64,000 nucleotides of DNA from Desulfatiglandales bacterium (GTDB lineage Bacteria > Desulfobacterota > DSM-4660 > Desulfatiglandales > Desulfatiglandaceae), in contig OY762721.1 in the NCBI GenBank assembly GCA_963666345.1, positions 3,424,001-3,488,000 of the forward strand, in the 5' to 3' direction. Of the stretch, positions 51,135-60,865 are shown in pieces (position 1 is the first letter of the stretch; the number at the start of each line of letters is the position of its first letter). A program made the translations under genes and the position numbers. The notes beneath the pieces are model-generated. The model saw nothing but the letters and a program-made list of their open reading frames with translations, made no database searches and was not told the DNA's origin.

Positions 51135-52268
51135 CTATAGTTTACACCAACGGCGGGAAATTTCCGTGTAGATCTTAACCGCCTCAGAAAGCCTTGAAAT
51201 ATAGCAATATTCGTCCTTTTTGTGGGCCATTTCCGCTTCACCTGGTCCGAGTATTATTGTCGGAACCGAATCAAATGCCGGGGTTAATACCGCGGTATCC
51301 GTGAAGTAGGGGAGGCCTTTGGGTGGAGAAGGTTTACCAGAACGGTTCGATAGGATTGCAGATACCTCTTGAACCCATTCGTTACCGGGATCAGTAGCTA
51401 CTGGGTCAAGATCCAGTATGGAATTAATATCGACTTCAGGTCCCAAGGTGTTTATAAGATGCCTGATGGTTTCCTCTGAAGTCCTGCCCGGTACGGTACG
51501 AATGTCTATATGAATCAAGGCCTGATCCGGAACAATATTTATCTTTGTTCCGCCGGCAATCACCCCGACATTAAGCGTAGCCGATCCCAGAACCGGATGG
51601 GGTGGATAACCGAGTTCTATATCTTTGAGCTTGAGCACGGCATCAGCGGCGGGGTATATCGCATTTATTCCTTTCTCGGGCATCGATCCGTGCGCAGCAA
51701 TACCTTTGGTTTTCAATTCAAGCCAGAGAGTTCCCTTGTGACCCACATAAAGCTTGTTTGAAGTTGGTTCGGCAATAACGAAGCCTCCGGCCTCTCCGAG
51801 CACGCCGTCCAGCGAAGCCAGATGGGCTGAGCCCTCGCAACCCGTTTCCTCGCCTGCGGCTATCACCAGAAGAATATCCGCTTTACGATTGGAATGCTTT
51901 GCCATTTCCAGTGCGCTGACCACGCAGGCGGCGATTCCGCCCTTCATATCAGAGGCTCCGCGACCATACAGCCTGTTGCCGTCCACTTCCCCTGAAAAAG
52001 GCTCCCGGTCCCATTGAGAATCACCCAGAGGGACAGTGTCTATATGCCCTGCATAGCAGAGCGGCAATTCGCTTCCGCATCCCCGAAGGCGGGCAACCAG
52101 GGTCGGTCTTCCGGCACTGAACTCGTAGGTGTCGACGTCGAAGTTTGCACCTTCAAGGCGCTCTGCAAGGAAATCCACACACTCTTTCTCCTGTCCCGGG
52201 GGGTTGATGGTATTAAAGCTCAGCAGCTTTTGTGTCAGTGACAGGACTTCTCCGGAAATTGATTTCAT
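51135..52268 (-). CDS. M20 family metallo-deacylase (ArgE/DapE-like)
   Basis: GHIDTVP, GRGASDMKGG, GEE, AEP, AHGSMP, AHKKDE. Confidence 0.92.
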   Translation of the reverse strand: MKSISGEVLSLTQKLLSFNTINPPGQEKECVDFLAERLEGANFDVDTYEFSAGRPTLVARLRGCGSELPLCYAGHIDTVPLGDSQWDREPFSGEVDGNRLYGRGASDMKGGIAACVVSALEMAKHSNRKADILLVIAAGEETGCEGSAHLASLDGVLGEAGGFVIAEPTSNKLYVGHKGTLWLELKTKGIAAHGSMPEKGINAIYPAADAVLKLKDIELGYPPHPVLGSATLNVGVIAGGTKINIVPDQALIHIDIRTVPGRTSEETIRHLINTLGPEVDINSILDLDPVATDPGNEWVQEVSAILSNRSGKPSPPKGLPYFTDTAVLTPAFDSVPTIILGPGEAEMAHKKDEYCYISRLSEAVKIYTEISRRWCKL

Positions 52269-52273
52269 GCTTT

Positions 52274-52928
52274 TTACCTCATAACAAAGTAGGCCTCATC
52301 CCAAAGCATATTTTCCCCGATCAAGTCTTCTCTTTGTTTAGCCAATTCTGCAAGAACAGGCGCAGTTTAAGACCTCTTTACTTCTTGAGCTATCAAGTCA
52401 GGGGATTGTTCACCGTCTGATTCCACATATAAATGGATATGGTCCGGAGCAAGCCAGAGGAGGCTGACGAAGCCGCCGACCTGCTCGCTACAATCAGTTA
52501 AAATATTGGTCATGAAATCAAACATCTTTCCCGGCTGAGAAAAGAGCGGTCTTCTATGACTTACATTCCAGGCAAAATGATATCTGATCATCATAAATAC
52601 GCCTTCAGGATCGATCTTAATTTTCTGCAGAGCCAATGCCCGCTGATACTTAAACCTGTCCGAATCAAGTAATTTTCTGAAGGCTTTTTGGTAAGGCCGG
52701 GTCATTCTGCCTGGATTCCCCTAGCAATTTAAGTAATGGCTGGAACGCGTGGCACTCAAAAGATGGGGGATCTTGTACGCAACGATTCAGGTCGCACAAT
52801 ATCTCTTCCTGAAATCCCAAATCCCGGCAGAAATTGCAGGCACCATGAACAGATGGCCTTGATGACCTGGCGCACTGCTGACATTTTTCAGGCAATTGAT
52901 CTTGTGATGTTGTTTCCTCCAAGTGCAA
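52274..52928 (-). pseudogene. IS200/Y1 HUH transposase-like gene with Cys-rich N-terminus, disrupted
   Basis: YHFAW, PDHIHL (HUH), LWDEAYFV beyond an in-frame TAA at 52367; frameshift near 52690. Confidence 0.75.
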
Positions 52929-53128
52929 CCTCCCTGTTTTTAAGTATTGAGCTGCATAAGTGCTAGAGGGGTAATTGTAAAAATCCGCCCCCCTCCTTTA
53001 AGCGCTTTTATGCCCGTCATTAATTATTTGAAAAACCTTTGATGGCGGCCTTCACCGACAGAGGAAATCTTGTGGTTGCATGCCTCCACCTTCCAGACCC
53101 ATTTCGTAGATTCTATTGAGCCGTGAGG

Positions 53129-54160
53129 TCATCCAGCGCTTTTTTTTCGCTGCCTGTAACCCTTCAGCGACCGGAAACTCACTATCTTTTTCCGGCTCTC
53201 ATCCCAGAGGTGAAGAAATGGCGACTTCAGGCTCTTACGAATGGTGAGGGGCCGGACGGTTCTCGTTTCAGGCGTTTCGTCGTAGCAGCGCTGAAGGTTG
53301 TAATTTGGGATACGCGGTCTGATATGGTGAATGTGGTGATATCCGATGTTACCGGAAAACCACTGGAGCAACCGGGGCAATTTATAGTAAGAGCTGCCCT
53401 CCATCGCAATGCGGACAGGATCCCGCTCTTCATGCCGGGCCCAGTAAACGCCGTCGAACTGGTGCTGTATGTAAAACATCCACAATGCCATAAAACCGCA
53501 AATGATAATAACCGGAAGCTGGATCAGCACGTATGCCCGGAATCCGATGGTCATCGCGGCAGCCGCGATAATGGCCAGGATGGCGAGGTTATTGAAATAC
53601 ACACTGTAGCGTTCGCTTTTCCCGGCCCCCTCATGAGAAAATCTGTGAGAGATAAGGAATTCATAAGCAGGTCCAAAACCGAACAGGATAAAGGGATTTC
53701 GGAAGATTCTGTACCATATCCGGGTGCGTCTGGGTGCCGTCAGGAACTCATCCACGGTGAGTGTCCACACATCCCCGACACTGCGGCGATCCAGGTCTCC
53801 GACCGTGGCGTGATGGATACCGTGTGCCCGCCGCCAGTCTTCGTACGGCGTGAAGGTCAAAACACCACAGATACGGCCCAGGATGGTATTTGCCTTGCGG
53901 GAGGCAAAAAAGGAAGAATGAACGCAATCATGGAAAAAGATAAAAATGCGGCCCAGAAAGCCGGCTGCAGGCACTGCCAGAGCCAGGGTAACCCAATAAG
54001 AATAACCGGATTGAATGGTCTGATACATCAAATACAGTATCAGGAAGTAAGGGATAAAAGTATTCAAAAGTTGCCAGATCGCAGTTCGAAGGTCCGGTTT
54101 TTCATATTTCCGGATATCCCGGGACCAAACCGGCCTGGAAGCCTTGTTATTGCCGGGCAT
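53129..54160 (-). CDS. Membrane fatty acid desaturase
   Basis: His boxes HDCVH, HGIHH, HHIHH; AGGAGG RBS. Confidence 0.92.
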   Translation of the reverse strand: MPGNNKASRPVWSRDIRKYEKPDLRTAIWQLLNTFIPYFLILYLMYQTIQSGYSYWVTLALAVPAAGFLGRIFIFFHDCVHSSFFASRKANTILGRICGVLTFTPYEDWRRAHGIHHATVGDLDRRSVGDVWTLTVDEFLTAPRRTRIWYRIFRNPFILFGFGPAYEFLISHRFSHEGAGKSERYSVYFNNLAILAIIAAAAMTIGFRAYVLIQLPVIIICGFMALWMFYIQHQFDGVYWARHEERDPVRIAMEGSSYYKLPRLLQWFSGNIGYHHIHHIRPRIPNYNLQRCYDETPETRTVRPLTIRKSLKSPFLHLWDESRKKIVSFRSLKGYRQRKKSAG

Positions 54161-54196
54161 ATTGAACCTCCTTTCAAAAGGGCTTTCGGGCACGGT

Positions 54197-55282
54197 CTAG
54201 CCGGAAATCATATGGTCCACGAACCGGTTTATGGCATTCTGTGCCTTGTCATCGAGCGTTGTAAATTCTATGCTGCATTCGTAGCCGCTCTTAACCTTTT
54301 TGCAGCGCAGGATCTTGCCGTAAATGTCTGAGATCTCGTCTCCCATCAGGGAAAGGGTGAGGCTTATCATTATCTCGGAAAAGGTTTGCAGTTCCATAGG
54401 AACCAGCGCCAGTATTCCGTTGTAGCTTATGTCCATGACTTCGCCGTCATGTTTTTCAGGAAGAACTGTCTTACCGTCCAGGAGTTGAAAGCGCACGGGG
54501 AGCGATGCCTTGATACGATGGCTGGTTCTTATCTCCCGCTTCGGAAGCTCAAGCCTGTCGGGCCGATTTATCGCCGTCACCTCATGTAACCTGACCAGCT
54601 CCGATTTCCCTTTTACATGCACATCCTTGGCGTCACGGGTCTCGATAAATTCCTTTGCCAGGCGGAAGGACTTCTCGCTTATGAGTACCTGGCCCCGAAG
54701 AGTGAAGGCCTCAATTCGGGATGCAAGATTTACCTCGTCGCCTATCACTGTGAATTCGCTGTGAACGTCTGATCCGACATTGCCGGTGGCTACCTCACCG
54801 GTGTTGATACCTATGCCCATATAGATCTTGGGAAGCCCTGCGGCCTGGTTATTATGATTTATGTCGTCCATGGCGCATTGCATTTCTATGGCGCAGCTGA
54901 TTGCACGCTGAAGGTCGTCCGCTTTTTCCTTGGGGACACCGAAAAGCGTCAGGATGCCGTCGCCCATGTACTTGTCGATCAGGCCTCCGTGAGAATAGAT
55001 TATCTCCGACATCCTTGACAGGTACCTGTTAAGCAGCCCGAGGACAACGGTTGCCGAATAGCGCTCGGAGATCGCTGTAAAGCCCCTCAGATCAGACAGG
55101 AGTATGGTCACGTTCCGCAGTTCCGCATTTTCATCCCTGTACGCCCTATTCAGCATCTGTTCAAGGGCCAGGCTGAAGGGGCTTTCCGCCGCCACATCCT
55201 CATCGGATAGTGACAGGTGCTCCTTTGCCAGCTCGATAATTGAATCCTTCAGGCTGATAAATGATTTCTGCGTCGATGCCAT
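54197..55282 (-). CDS. Class III adenylate/guanylate cyclase with C-terminal PilZ domain
   Basis: SDLRGFT, IDKYMGD, GIGINTG, GDEVNLASR; RTSHR..DISYNG PilZ motif. Confidence 0.88.
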   Translation of the reverse strand: MASTQKSFISLKDSIIELAKEHLSLSDEDVAAESPFSLALEQMLNRAYRDENAELRNVTILLSDLRGFTAISERYSATVVLGLLNRYLSRMSEIIYSHGGLIDKYMGDGILTLFGVPKEKADDLQRAISCAIEMQCAMDDINHNNQAAGLPKIYMGIGINTGEVATGNVGSDVHSEFTVIGDEVNLASRIEAFTLRGQVLISEKSFRLAKEFIETRDAKDVHVKGKSELVRLHEVTAINRPDRLELPKREIRTSHRIKASLPVRFQLLDGKTVLPEKHDGEVMDISYNGILALVPMELQTFSEIMISLTLSLMGDEISDIYGKILRCKKVKSGYECSIEFTTLDDKAQNAINRFVDHMISG

Positions 55283-55872
55283 TGGTTTTCCCCCCGGATA
55301 ACTTTCTGATTAACAATGATAAATCCAAAAAAAACAAACTGTATCAAGACCTGTATCACAATCGGGTGACGGGCGCAGCTCCGGCCTGGTCACGAAGTGA
55401 TCAGCCCGGGTACTGAATCTTTGAGATATCCATTTTAAGGCGGGAAAACCATGCCGGTGAAAAAGTCGGGGTACCTCTATTCCCCCGGTTACAGAGCATG
55501 TCGGGAAATGAGTATGGGAAAGTGGTACTCCGGTTTTTTTTGTGACAACCACCCGGTTCACCAACAAAATAACAGTCGATATCTTGAGTTTAAGGCTTGT
55601 CTGAAAAGGAGTATTTTTGTTTTGATCTCAAATAGTAACAAAATTAACACAAATGCAGCATCGTGTAAACGATTCCAGGCATGCGTTTTGTGGGTTCAAT
55701 AAATTATCCGGGTACCGAAGAACGTGCACCTGTGTCCGGTCTTGATAAGTTTTGTGAGCCGGCCGAAAGGCCGTAATCATAGGTGGAAAAAAAGGCAGGG
55801 CGGTTTTGTCTTTAGTTTCCATGAAAAATTGGCTAAAGTGAAAAAAATTATAGCCGAAAAAAGAGAGAAGAT

Positions 55873-56661
55873 ATGATCGAAAAGGATGCCGGGATCGTGT
55901 TTAACAGGAAGGTGGCTCATGCCACCTTTTTAATGGGGCTCAATGCCCCTGAAATCGCTGGAAAGGCTGCGCCGGGCCAGTTCGTGATGCTTCGCGTAAC
56001 CAAAGGGATCGATCCTCTTTTAAGGCGCCCCTTTTCCATAAGCGGTGTTCAAGGGACGGATACCCTGCTTATACTTTACCGGGCGGTCGGCAGGGGCACA
56101 TCCATTATGAGCGAAAAAAAGGAGGGGGAGAGCGTTTCCCTTTTGGGCCCGCTGGGAAACGGTTTTGATCTTGAAGCCTCTAAAAAGAAGATGATCCTTC
56201 TGGCAGGGGGCATAGGGATCGCGCCCCTTCTGTTTGTCGCCCAGAGGCTTGAGCCCGCTTCATATCGCTTTATGACAGGCTTTCGCTCAAAGCAAGAGAT
56301 AATCGGGGCGGATGGCACGGGGATTATCTTAAATAACAATGAAATCTCAACCGATGACGGCTCGTTCGGCAGAAAGGGCTTTGTGACCGATCTGCTCAAA
56401 GGCCGTATCGAACGGGACGGCCCGGAAGGAGTTTGTCTTTTTACATGCGGCCCCCTTTTGATGTTGAAAAACGCGGTCAAAATCGCGGCTGAAAGCCGTA
56501 TCCCCTGCCAGGTTTCCCTTGAAGCCAACATGGCATGCGGGCTCGGGGCGTGTCAGGGGTGCGCCGTTCCCGCCTCGGTTGCCATGAATGAAACCTATTA
56601 TCATGTGTGTCAGGACGGGCCTGTGTTTGAAATGAATCAGATTGACTGGGACAGGATATGA
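55873..56661 (+). CDS. pyrK: Dihydroorotate dehydrogenase electron transfer subunit
   Basis: PGQFVM, LRRPFSI, GPLGNGF, GGIGIAP, MACGLGACQGC, CQDGPVF. Confidence 0.95.
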   Translation: MIEKDAGIVFNRKVAHATFLMGLNAPEIAGKAAPGQFVMLRVTKGIDPLLRRPFSISGVQGTDTLLILYRAVGRGTSIMSEKKEGESVSLLGPLGNGFDLEASKKKMILLAGGIGIAPLLFVAQRLEPASYRFMTGFRSKQEIIGADGTGIILNNNEISTDDGSFGRKGFVTDLLKGRIERDGPEGVCLFTCGPLLMLKNAVKIAAESRIPCQVSLEANMACGLGACQGCAVPASVAMNETYYHVCQDGPVFEMNQIDWDRI

Positions 56662-57584
56662 ACGGAAAAAGAGCTGAGCTTGGTGTGGACCTCGGATTCA
56701 TGAGGCTTAAAAACCCGGTGATCACCGCCTCCGGCACTTTCGGTTACGGGGAGGAGTACAAGGACCTTGTGGATCTAAACCGCCTCGGGGGCATTGCGGT
56801 AAAGGGGCTTTCACTCGAACCTAAGGAAGGAAACCCTCCTCCAAGGATCATAGAGACCCCCTGCGGCATGCTTAACGCCATAGGGCTTGCAAATCCGGGT
56901 CTAAAGGCCTTTATCGAAAAAAAGGTCCCGTTTCTTGAAACCCTGGACACGAACATTATAGTAAATATCTACGGGCACAGCCTAACAGAATACGGAGCGG
57001 TGGCGGCCGGGCTCAAAGGCATAGACGCCATTGACGCACTTGAGGTGAATATCTCCTGCCCCAATGTGGAACAGGGGGGAATGGCCTTTGGAACCGACCC
57101 TGACACCTCGGCCAGGGTAACCGAAGAGGTCTTGGAAAAATCAGACAAGCCGGTGATAGTGAAGCTTTCTCCCAATGTCACGGACATCAGGGTAATTGCA
57201 AAGGCGGTTCAGAAGGCGGGGGCGCATGCCGTATCGCTAATAAATACCCTGACAGGCATGTCCATAGATATAGAAAGCGGAAGGCCTGAGCTTTTCAACC
57301 TTACGGGAGGGCTTTCAGGACCAGCGATCAGGCCTGTTGCGGTTCACATGGTCTATCAGGTGGCTCAGGCGGTGGAGATTCCCGTAATAGGGATGGGAGG
57401 AATCATTGAATACAGGGATGCCCTGGAATTTCTGATTGCGGGGGCGCGCGCGGTCCAGGTGGGAACGGCCAATTTCGTGTCTCCCGGTGTGTGTGCTGAG
57501 ATAATCGAGGGGATGGAGGAATATCTGAGGGTGAAGGATATCCCGGATATCAACGGGATAATAGGGACGGTTAAAAGTGCCTAA
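56658..57584 (+). CDS. pyrD: Dihydroorotate dehydrogenase 1B catalytic subunit
   Basis: NPVITASGT, NAIGL, NISCPN, KLSPN, GGLSGPAI. Confidence 0.96.
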   Translation: MNGKRAELGVDLGFMRLKNPVITASGTFGYGEEYKDLVDLNRLGGIAVKGLSLEPKEGNPPPRIIETPCGMLNAIGLANPGLKAFIEKKVPFLETLDTNIIVNIYGHSLTEYGAVAAGLKGIDAIDALEVNISCPNVEQGGMAFGTDPDTSARVTEEVLEKSDKPVIVKLSPNVTDIRVIAKAVQKAGAHAVSLINTLTGMSIDIESGRPELFNLTGGLSGPAIRPVAVHMVYQVAQAVEIPVIGMGGIIEYRDALEFLIAGARAVQVGTANFVSPGVCAEIIEGMEEYLRVKDIPDINGIIGTVKSA

Positions 57585-57633
57585 AGTGACTAAAATTGGG
57601 AGTGCCTAAAGTGACTAAAATTGGGAGTGACTA
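57576..57633. repeat. 25-bp tandem duplication at the pyrD stop
   Basis: AGTGCCTAAAGTGACTAAAATTGGG x2 plus partial AGTGACTA. Confidence 0.9.
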
Positions 57634-57681
57634 GATTTGCGGGCCGGGGGATAGTAAAATTTTTTAAAAGAGAGGAGTTTT

Positions 57682-59109
57682 ATGTCTAAAAAGGAGCTGA
57701 CAAAAAAGGAGATAAAGGCGATCAGGCAAAGGCTTGTAAGGGAGCCGAGACTTGTGTGGGATGAGCTTGGTGCCTCGGAAAGAAAAAAGGCATTTGCCCT
57801 GTGCGATGAATACAAGGAATTTCTGGATCGGGCAAAGACGGAGCGGGAGGCAGTTGTCGCGATACGGGATGCGGCAAAAGAAAAGGGATTTTCAGAGAAA
57901 CCCAAGCCCGGATCAGGCAAACCCTTTTTCATGGTCTTTCAGGAAAAAACGATCGCCCTTGTAAGGCCGGGTAAAGGCGCAATCGATAACGGCGTAAGAC
58001 TTATCGTTTCTCATATAGACGCCCCCAGGCTCGATCTGAAACAGAACCCCCTTTACGAGGATGTGGATCTTACGTTTCTGAAGACCCACTACTATGGAGG
58101 GATAAAGAAGTTCCAGTGGGTGACCCGTCCCCTTGCCATTCATGGCCGTTTCATAAGAGCGGACGGTCAAGCCCTTGATATCGTGGTGGGGGAGGATGAA
58201 AAAGACCCTGTCTTCTGCGTGCTCGACCTGCTGCCCCATCTTGCCAGAAAGAGCCAGTATGACAAGAAGCTGGGGGAGGCTATCCCGGGAGAAAAGCTCA
58301 ATGTAATCGCAGGCTCTATTCCGATCGGGGACAGGGAGACAAAGGATCGTTTTAAACTGGCGCTCTTGAACATCCTTAACGAAAAATACGGTCTTGTGGA
58401 AGAGGATTTCATAAGTGCCGAGATAGAGGTGGTCCCGGCGGGAAAGGCAAAGGATGTGGGGTGGGACAGATCCCTTGTAGGGGCCTACGGGCATGATGAC
58501 AGGTCTTCGGCCTTTACGAGCCTCAAGGCCCTGTTTGACATAAAAGACAGTGACAGGACCTCCGTAATAATTTTCGTTGACAAGGAAGAGATAGGAAGCG
58601 AAGGGGCCACAGGGGCGAAGTCAAAGCTGATTGAAGCTGTCATCGCAAGGGCCATGAACGTGATGGGGCATGATGCGGGTTCGCACAAGGTTCTGGATAT
58701 CCTTTCAAGATCAAAGGCCCTTTCAGCCGATGTAAACGGCGCGCTTGACCCGGATTACCAGGAGGTCCACGAAAAGATGAACGCCGCCCGCCTGGGTTAC
58801 GGTGTGTGCGTGACAAAATTTACCGGCCATGGGGGCAAATCAGGAGCCAATGACGCAAGCGCCGAATACGCGGGATGGCTCAGAAGGCTCTTTAACTCGG
58901 AAAAGGTGACCTGGCAGACAGGAGAGCTCGGAAAGGTGGATGAGGGGGGAGGCGGCACGGTTGCAAAGTTTCTGGCCGTTTACGGGATGGACGTCATAGA
59001 CTACGGCGTACCGGTCCTTTCCATGCATGCACCCTTTGAAGTCGCCCATAAAGGGGATCTCTACATGACCTACAAGGGGTGCAGGGCTTTTCTGGAGGCC
59101 GATGAATAG
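57682..59109 (+). CDS. M18 family aminopeptidase
   Basis: SHIDAP, THYYGGIKKFQW, GHDDR, DKEEIGS, SMHAP. Confidence 0.92.
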   Translation: MSKKELTKKEIKAIRQRLVREPRLVWDELGASERKKAFALCDEYKEFLDRAKTEREAVVAIRDAAKEKGFSEKPKPGSGKPFFMVFQEKTIALVRPGKGAIDNGVRLIVSHIDAPRLDLKQNPLYEDVDLTFLKTHYYGGIKKFQWVTRPLAIHGRFIRADGQALDIVVGEDEKDPVFCVLDLLPHLARKSQYDKKLGEAIPGEKLNVIAGSIPIGDRETKDRFKLALLNILNEKYGLVEEDFISAEIEVVPAGKAKDVGWDRSLVGAYGHDDRSSAFTSLKALFDIKDSDRTSVIIFVDKEEIGSEGATGAKSKLIEAVIARAMNVMGHDAGSHKVLDILSRSKALSADVNGALDPDYQEVHEKMNAARLGYGVCVTKFTGHGGKSGANDASAEYAGWLRRLFNSEKVTWQTGELGKVDEGGGGTVAKFLAVYGMDVIDYGVPVLSMHAPFEVAHKGDLYMTYKGCRAFLEADE

Positions 59110-59113
59110 AAGA

Positions 59114-59911
59114 CTACCGGAGGCTTTCCGCAAGATTTTTCAGGGCCGTCATATATTCGGTAAGGCCGTGTGAAAAGATGGTATTGTGGTTTGCCCCCGG
59201 TATCTGGAGGAGATATTTTCTCTCGGAAGCACAGGCCTCGTAGAGCGCCAGGCCTTCCGAAAGAGATATTATGTGGTCTTTTTCCGCATGGATAACGAGC
59301 GTGGGCTTTTTGAACCCCGCCATCTTCTTCCTGTTTCCAAAACCCTTTTTCTCTTTAAATCTCATGGCCCTGAGATCGATACCCAGCACCTGGAGAAGCG
59401 GTCCGGTATCGGCAAATCCGCTTTCCACCACAAGGCCGCTCACCTGTCCCATGTAAGCGGATGCCAGTTCCAGGGCCGACGCGCTTCCAAGTGATCTTCC
59501 CATGACGATAAGGGGGCCGGTGAAGCTGTTTTTCTTGAGCCACCTGGCGACAAAATCATAGACGAGGTGGCAATCGCGCATCATGGCGGTTACCGTGGGT
59601 GAGCCTGTAGACAGACCGTAGCCCCTGTAGTCGAAGACCAGAAAATTTATTCCCATATTGTTTATGAGAGGTCCCAGTTGATCGTAGTCGGCCGCAATCT
59701 CCCCGTTTCCATGAAAGAAAAGGATGTTGGCCCCGCTGTTTGATCTCATATGAAGGCGGCCTGAAACGGCGATGTTTTCATCGACATCGACCATGACGTC
59801 CCGCACGGGCGTCCTGGGTCCGGTTCCGCCCCACTCCGGTCTGGGATGAAAAAGGAGGGTTATTACCTCCGGTCTGTCCAGGTGGGAATAATCGATTTCG
59901 GAAATCGTCAT
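59114..59911 (-). CDS. Alpha/beta hydrolase
   Basis: FHGNGE, DYRGYG, GRSLG, HAEKD, GANH. Confidence 0.9.
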   Translation of the reverse strand: MTISEIDYSHLDRPEVITLLFHPRPEWGGTGPRTPVRDVMVDVDENIAVSGRLHMRSNSGANILFFHGNGEIAADYDQLGPLINNMGINFLVFDYRGYGLSTGSPTVTAMMRDCHLVYDFVARWLKKNSFTGPLIVMGRSLGSASALELASAYMGQVSGLVVESGFADTGPLLQVLGIDLRAMRFKEKKGFGNRKKMAGFKKPTLVIHAEKDHIISLSEGLALYEACASERKYLLQIPGANHNTIFSHGLTEYMTALKNLAESLR

Positions 59912-59959
59912 ATCACACCAAGGTCGGCTTGATTCAGGTTCGTGGGGTCCAGGCGGCGT

Positions 59960-60439
59960 TTACATATCCCTTATGATACCAAGCATGTCCAGCGCGCTTA
60001 TAATTCCAACCAGCTTCTTCTCTTTTGTGACGAAAACCCTGTGAATCCTTCCTCGAATCATCGCATCCGCAACCTGTTTGATCGATGTGTCTTCGTTTAC
60101 CTCGAATATGACGTGCGTCATTATGTCGCGTACCCTTGTCTCCGTCTCGTTTTCGATATGGAAGGTCTTGAGTTCCTGCGGGGAATACTGTGGCTCGAGG
60201 CCGTAAAGGTAGTAATCGCTTGTGTCTTCCCTGGGCAGGTCTCTTCCGGGCATGCTGCTGTGGCGGACGATATCGGTTAAGGAGACAACTCCTATCAGCT
60301 TGTCTTCCCTTGTAGTGACAGGGCCTCCGGAGATAGAGTTTTCAACGAAGAAATCCGCCAGCTGGTCGATCGACCAATCGGGGTTGACTGTCAGGATTTC
60401 ACTTCTCATTAAATCTTTTGCCTTTAAACCGGTCATCAT
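59960..60439 (-). CDS. CBS domain protein
   Basis: Two CBS repeats (LIGVVSLTD, LVGIISALD); GGAGG RBS. Confidence 0.88.
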   Translation of the reverse strand: MMTGLKAKDLMRSEILTVNPDWSIDQLADFFVENSISGGPVTTREDKLIGVVSLTDIVRHSSMPGRDLPREDTSDYYLYGLEPQYSPQELKTFHIENETETRVRDIMTHVIFEVNEDTSIKQVADAMIRGRIHRVFVTKEKKLVGIISALDMLGIIRDM

Positions 60440-60865
60440 ATCCTCCAAAAAGCTGAGCCTCAGCAGACCTTTTGACGAGAGAAACATGAACGGGCATGCA
60501 TCTAATCCGCGCGGAAAACACATGTGTGAATCAATCGCTTAAGGCCGTACTGTCGTGTTCAATTTTACTTATCTGAGACGGGTCATGCAAGAACAATATT
60601 TTTCGGGTAGAAATAAAAGCAGGGCGGGGTTTTAGCGATTTTAATAAAATAGAGTGCATACCCGCTTTGATTTTAAAGATTACCGGGTCGGTGCGTCAGG
60701 CAAAAAAGAGGTTGCTGAGGGAGCCCTGAGTTCGATCCCGTAATTGGGGCAAAAATGGGAAGAGCCTCTTTCCTATGTGATTTTGGCTTGACTTGACTTT
60801 TTTATCCCATTATAAACGGGAGTTCCCGAAGGTTGCAATTCCAAAACATTAAGGAGGTAGGGTAT

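Noticed and set aside
53123..54331. 402-aa plus-strand ORF
   Set aside because: Antisense shadow of the desaturase; no recognisable motifs
57576..57633. Possible CRISPR array
   Set aside because: Repeats are adjacent with no spacers and no cas genes
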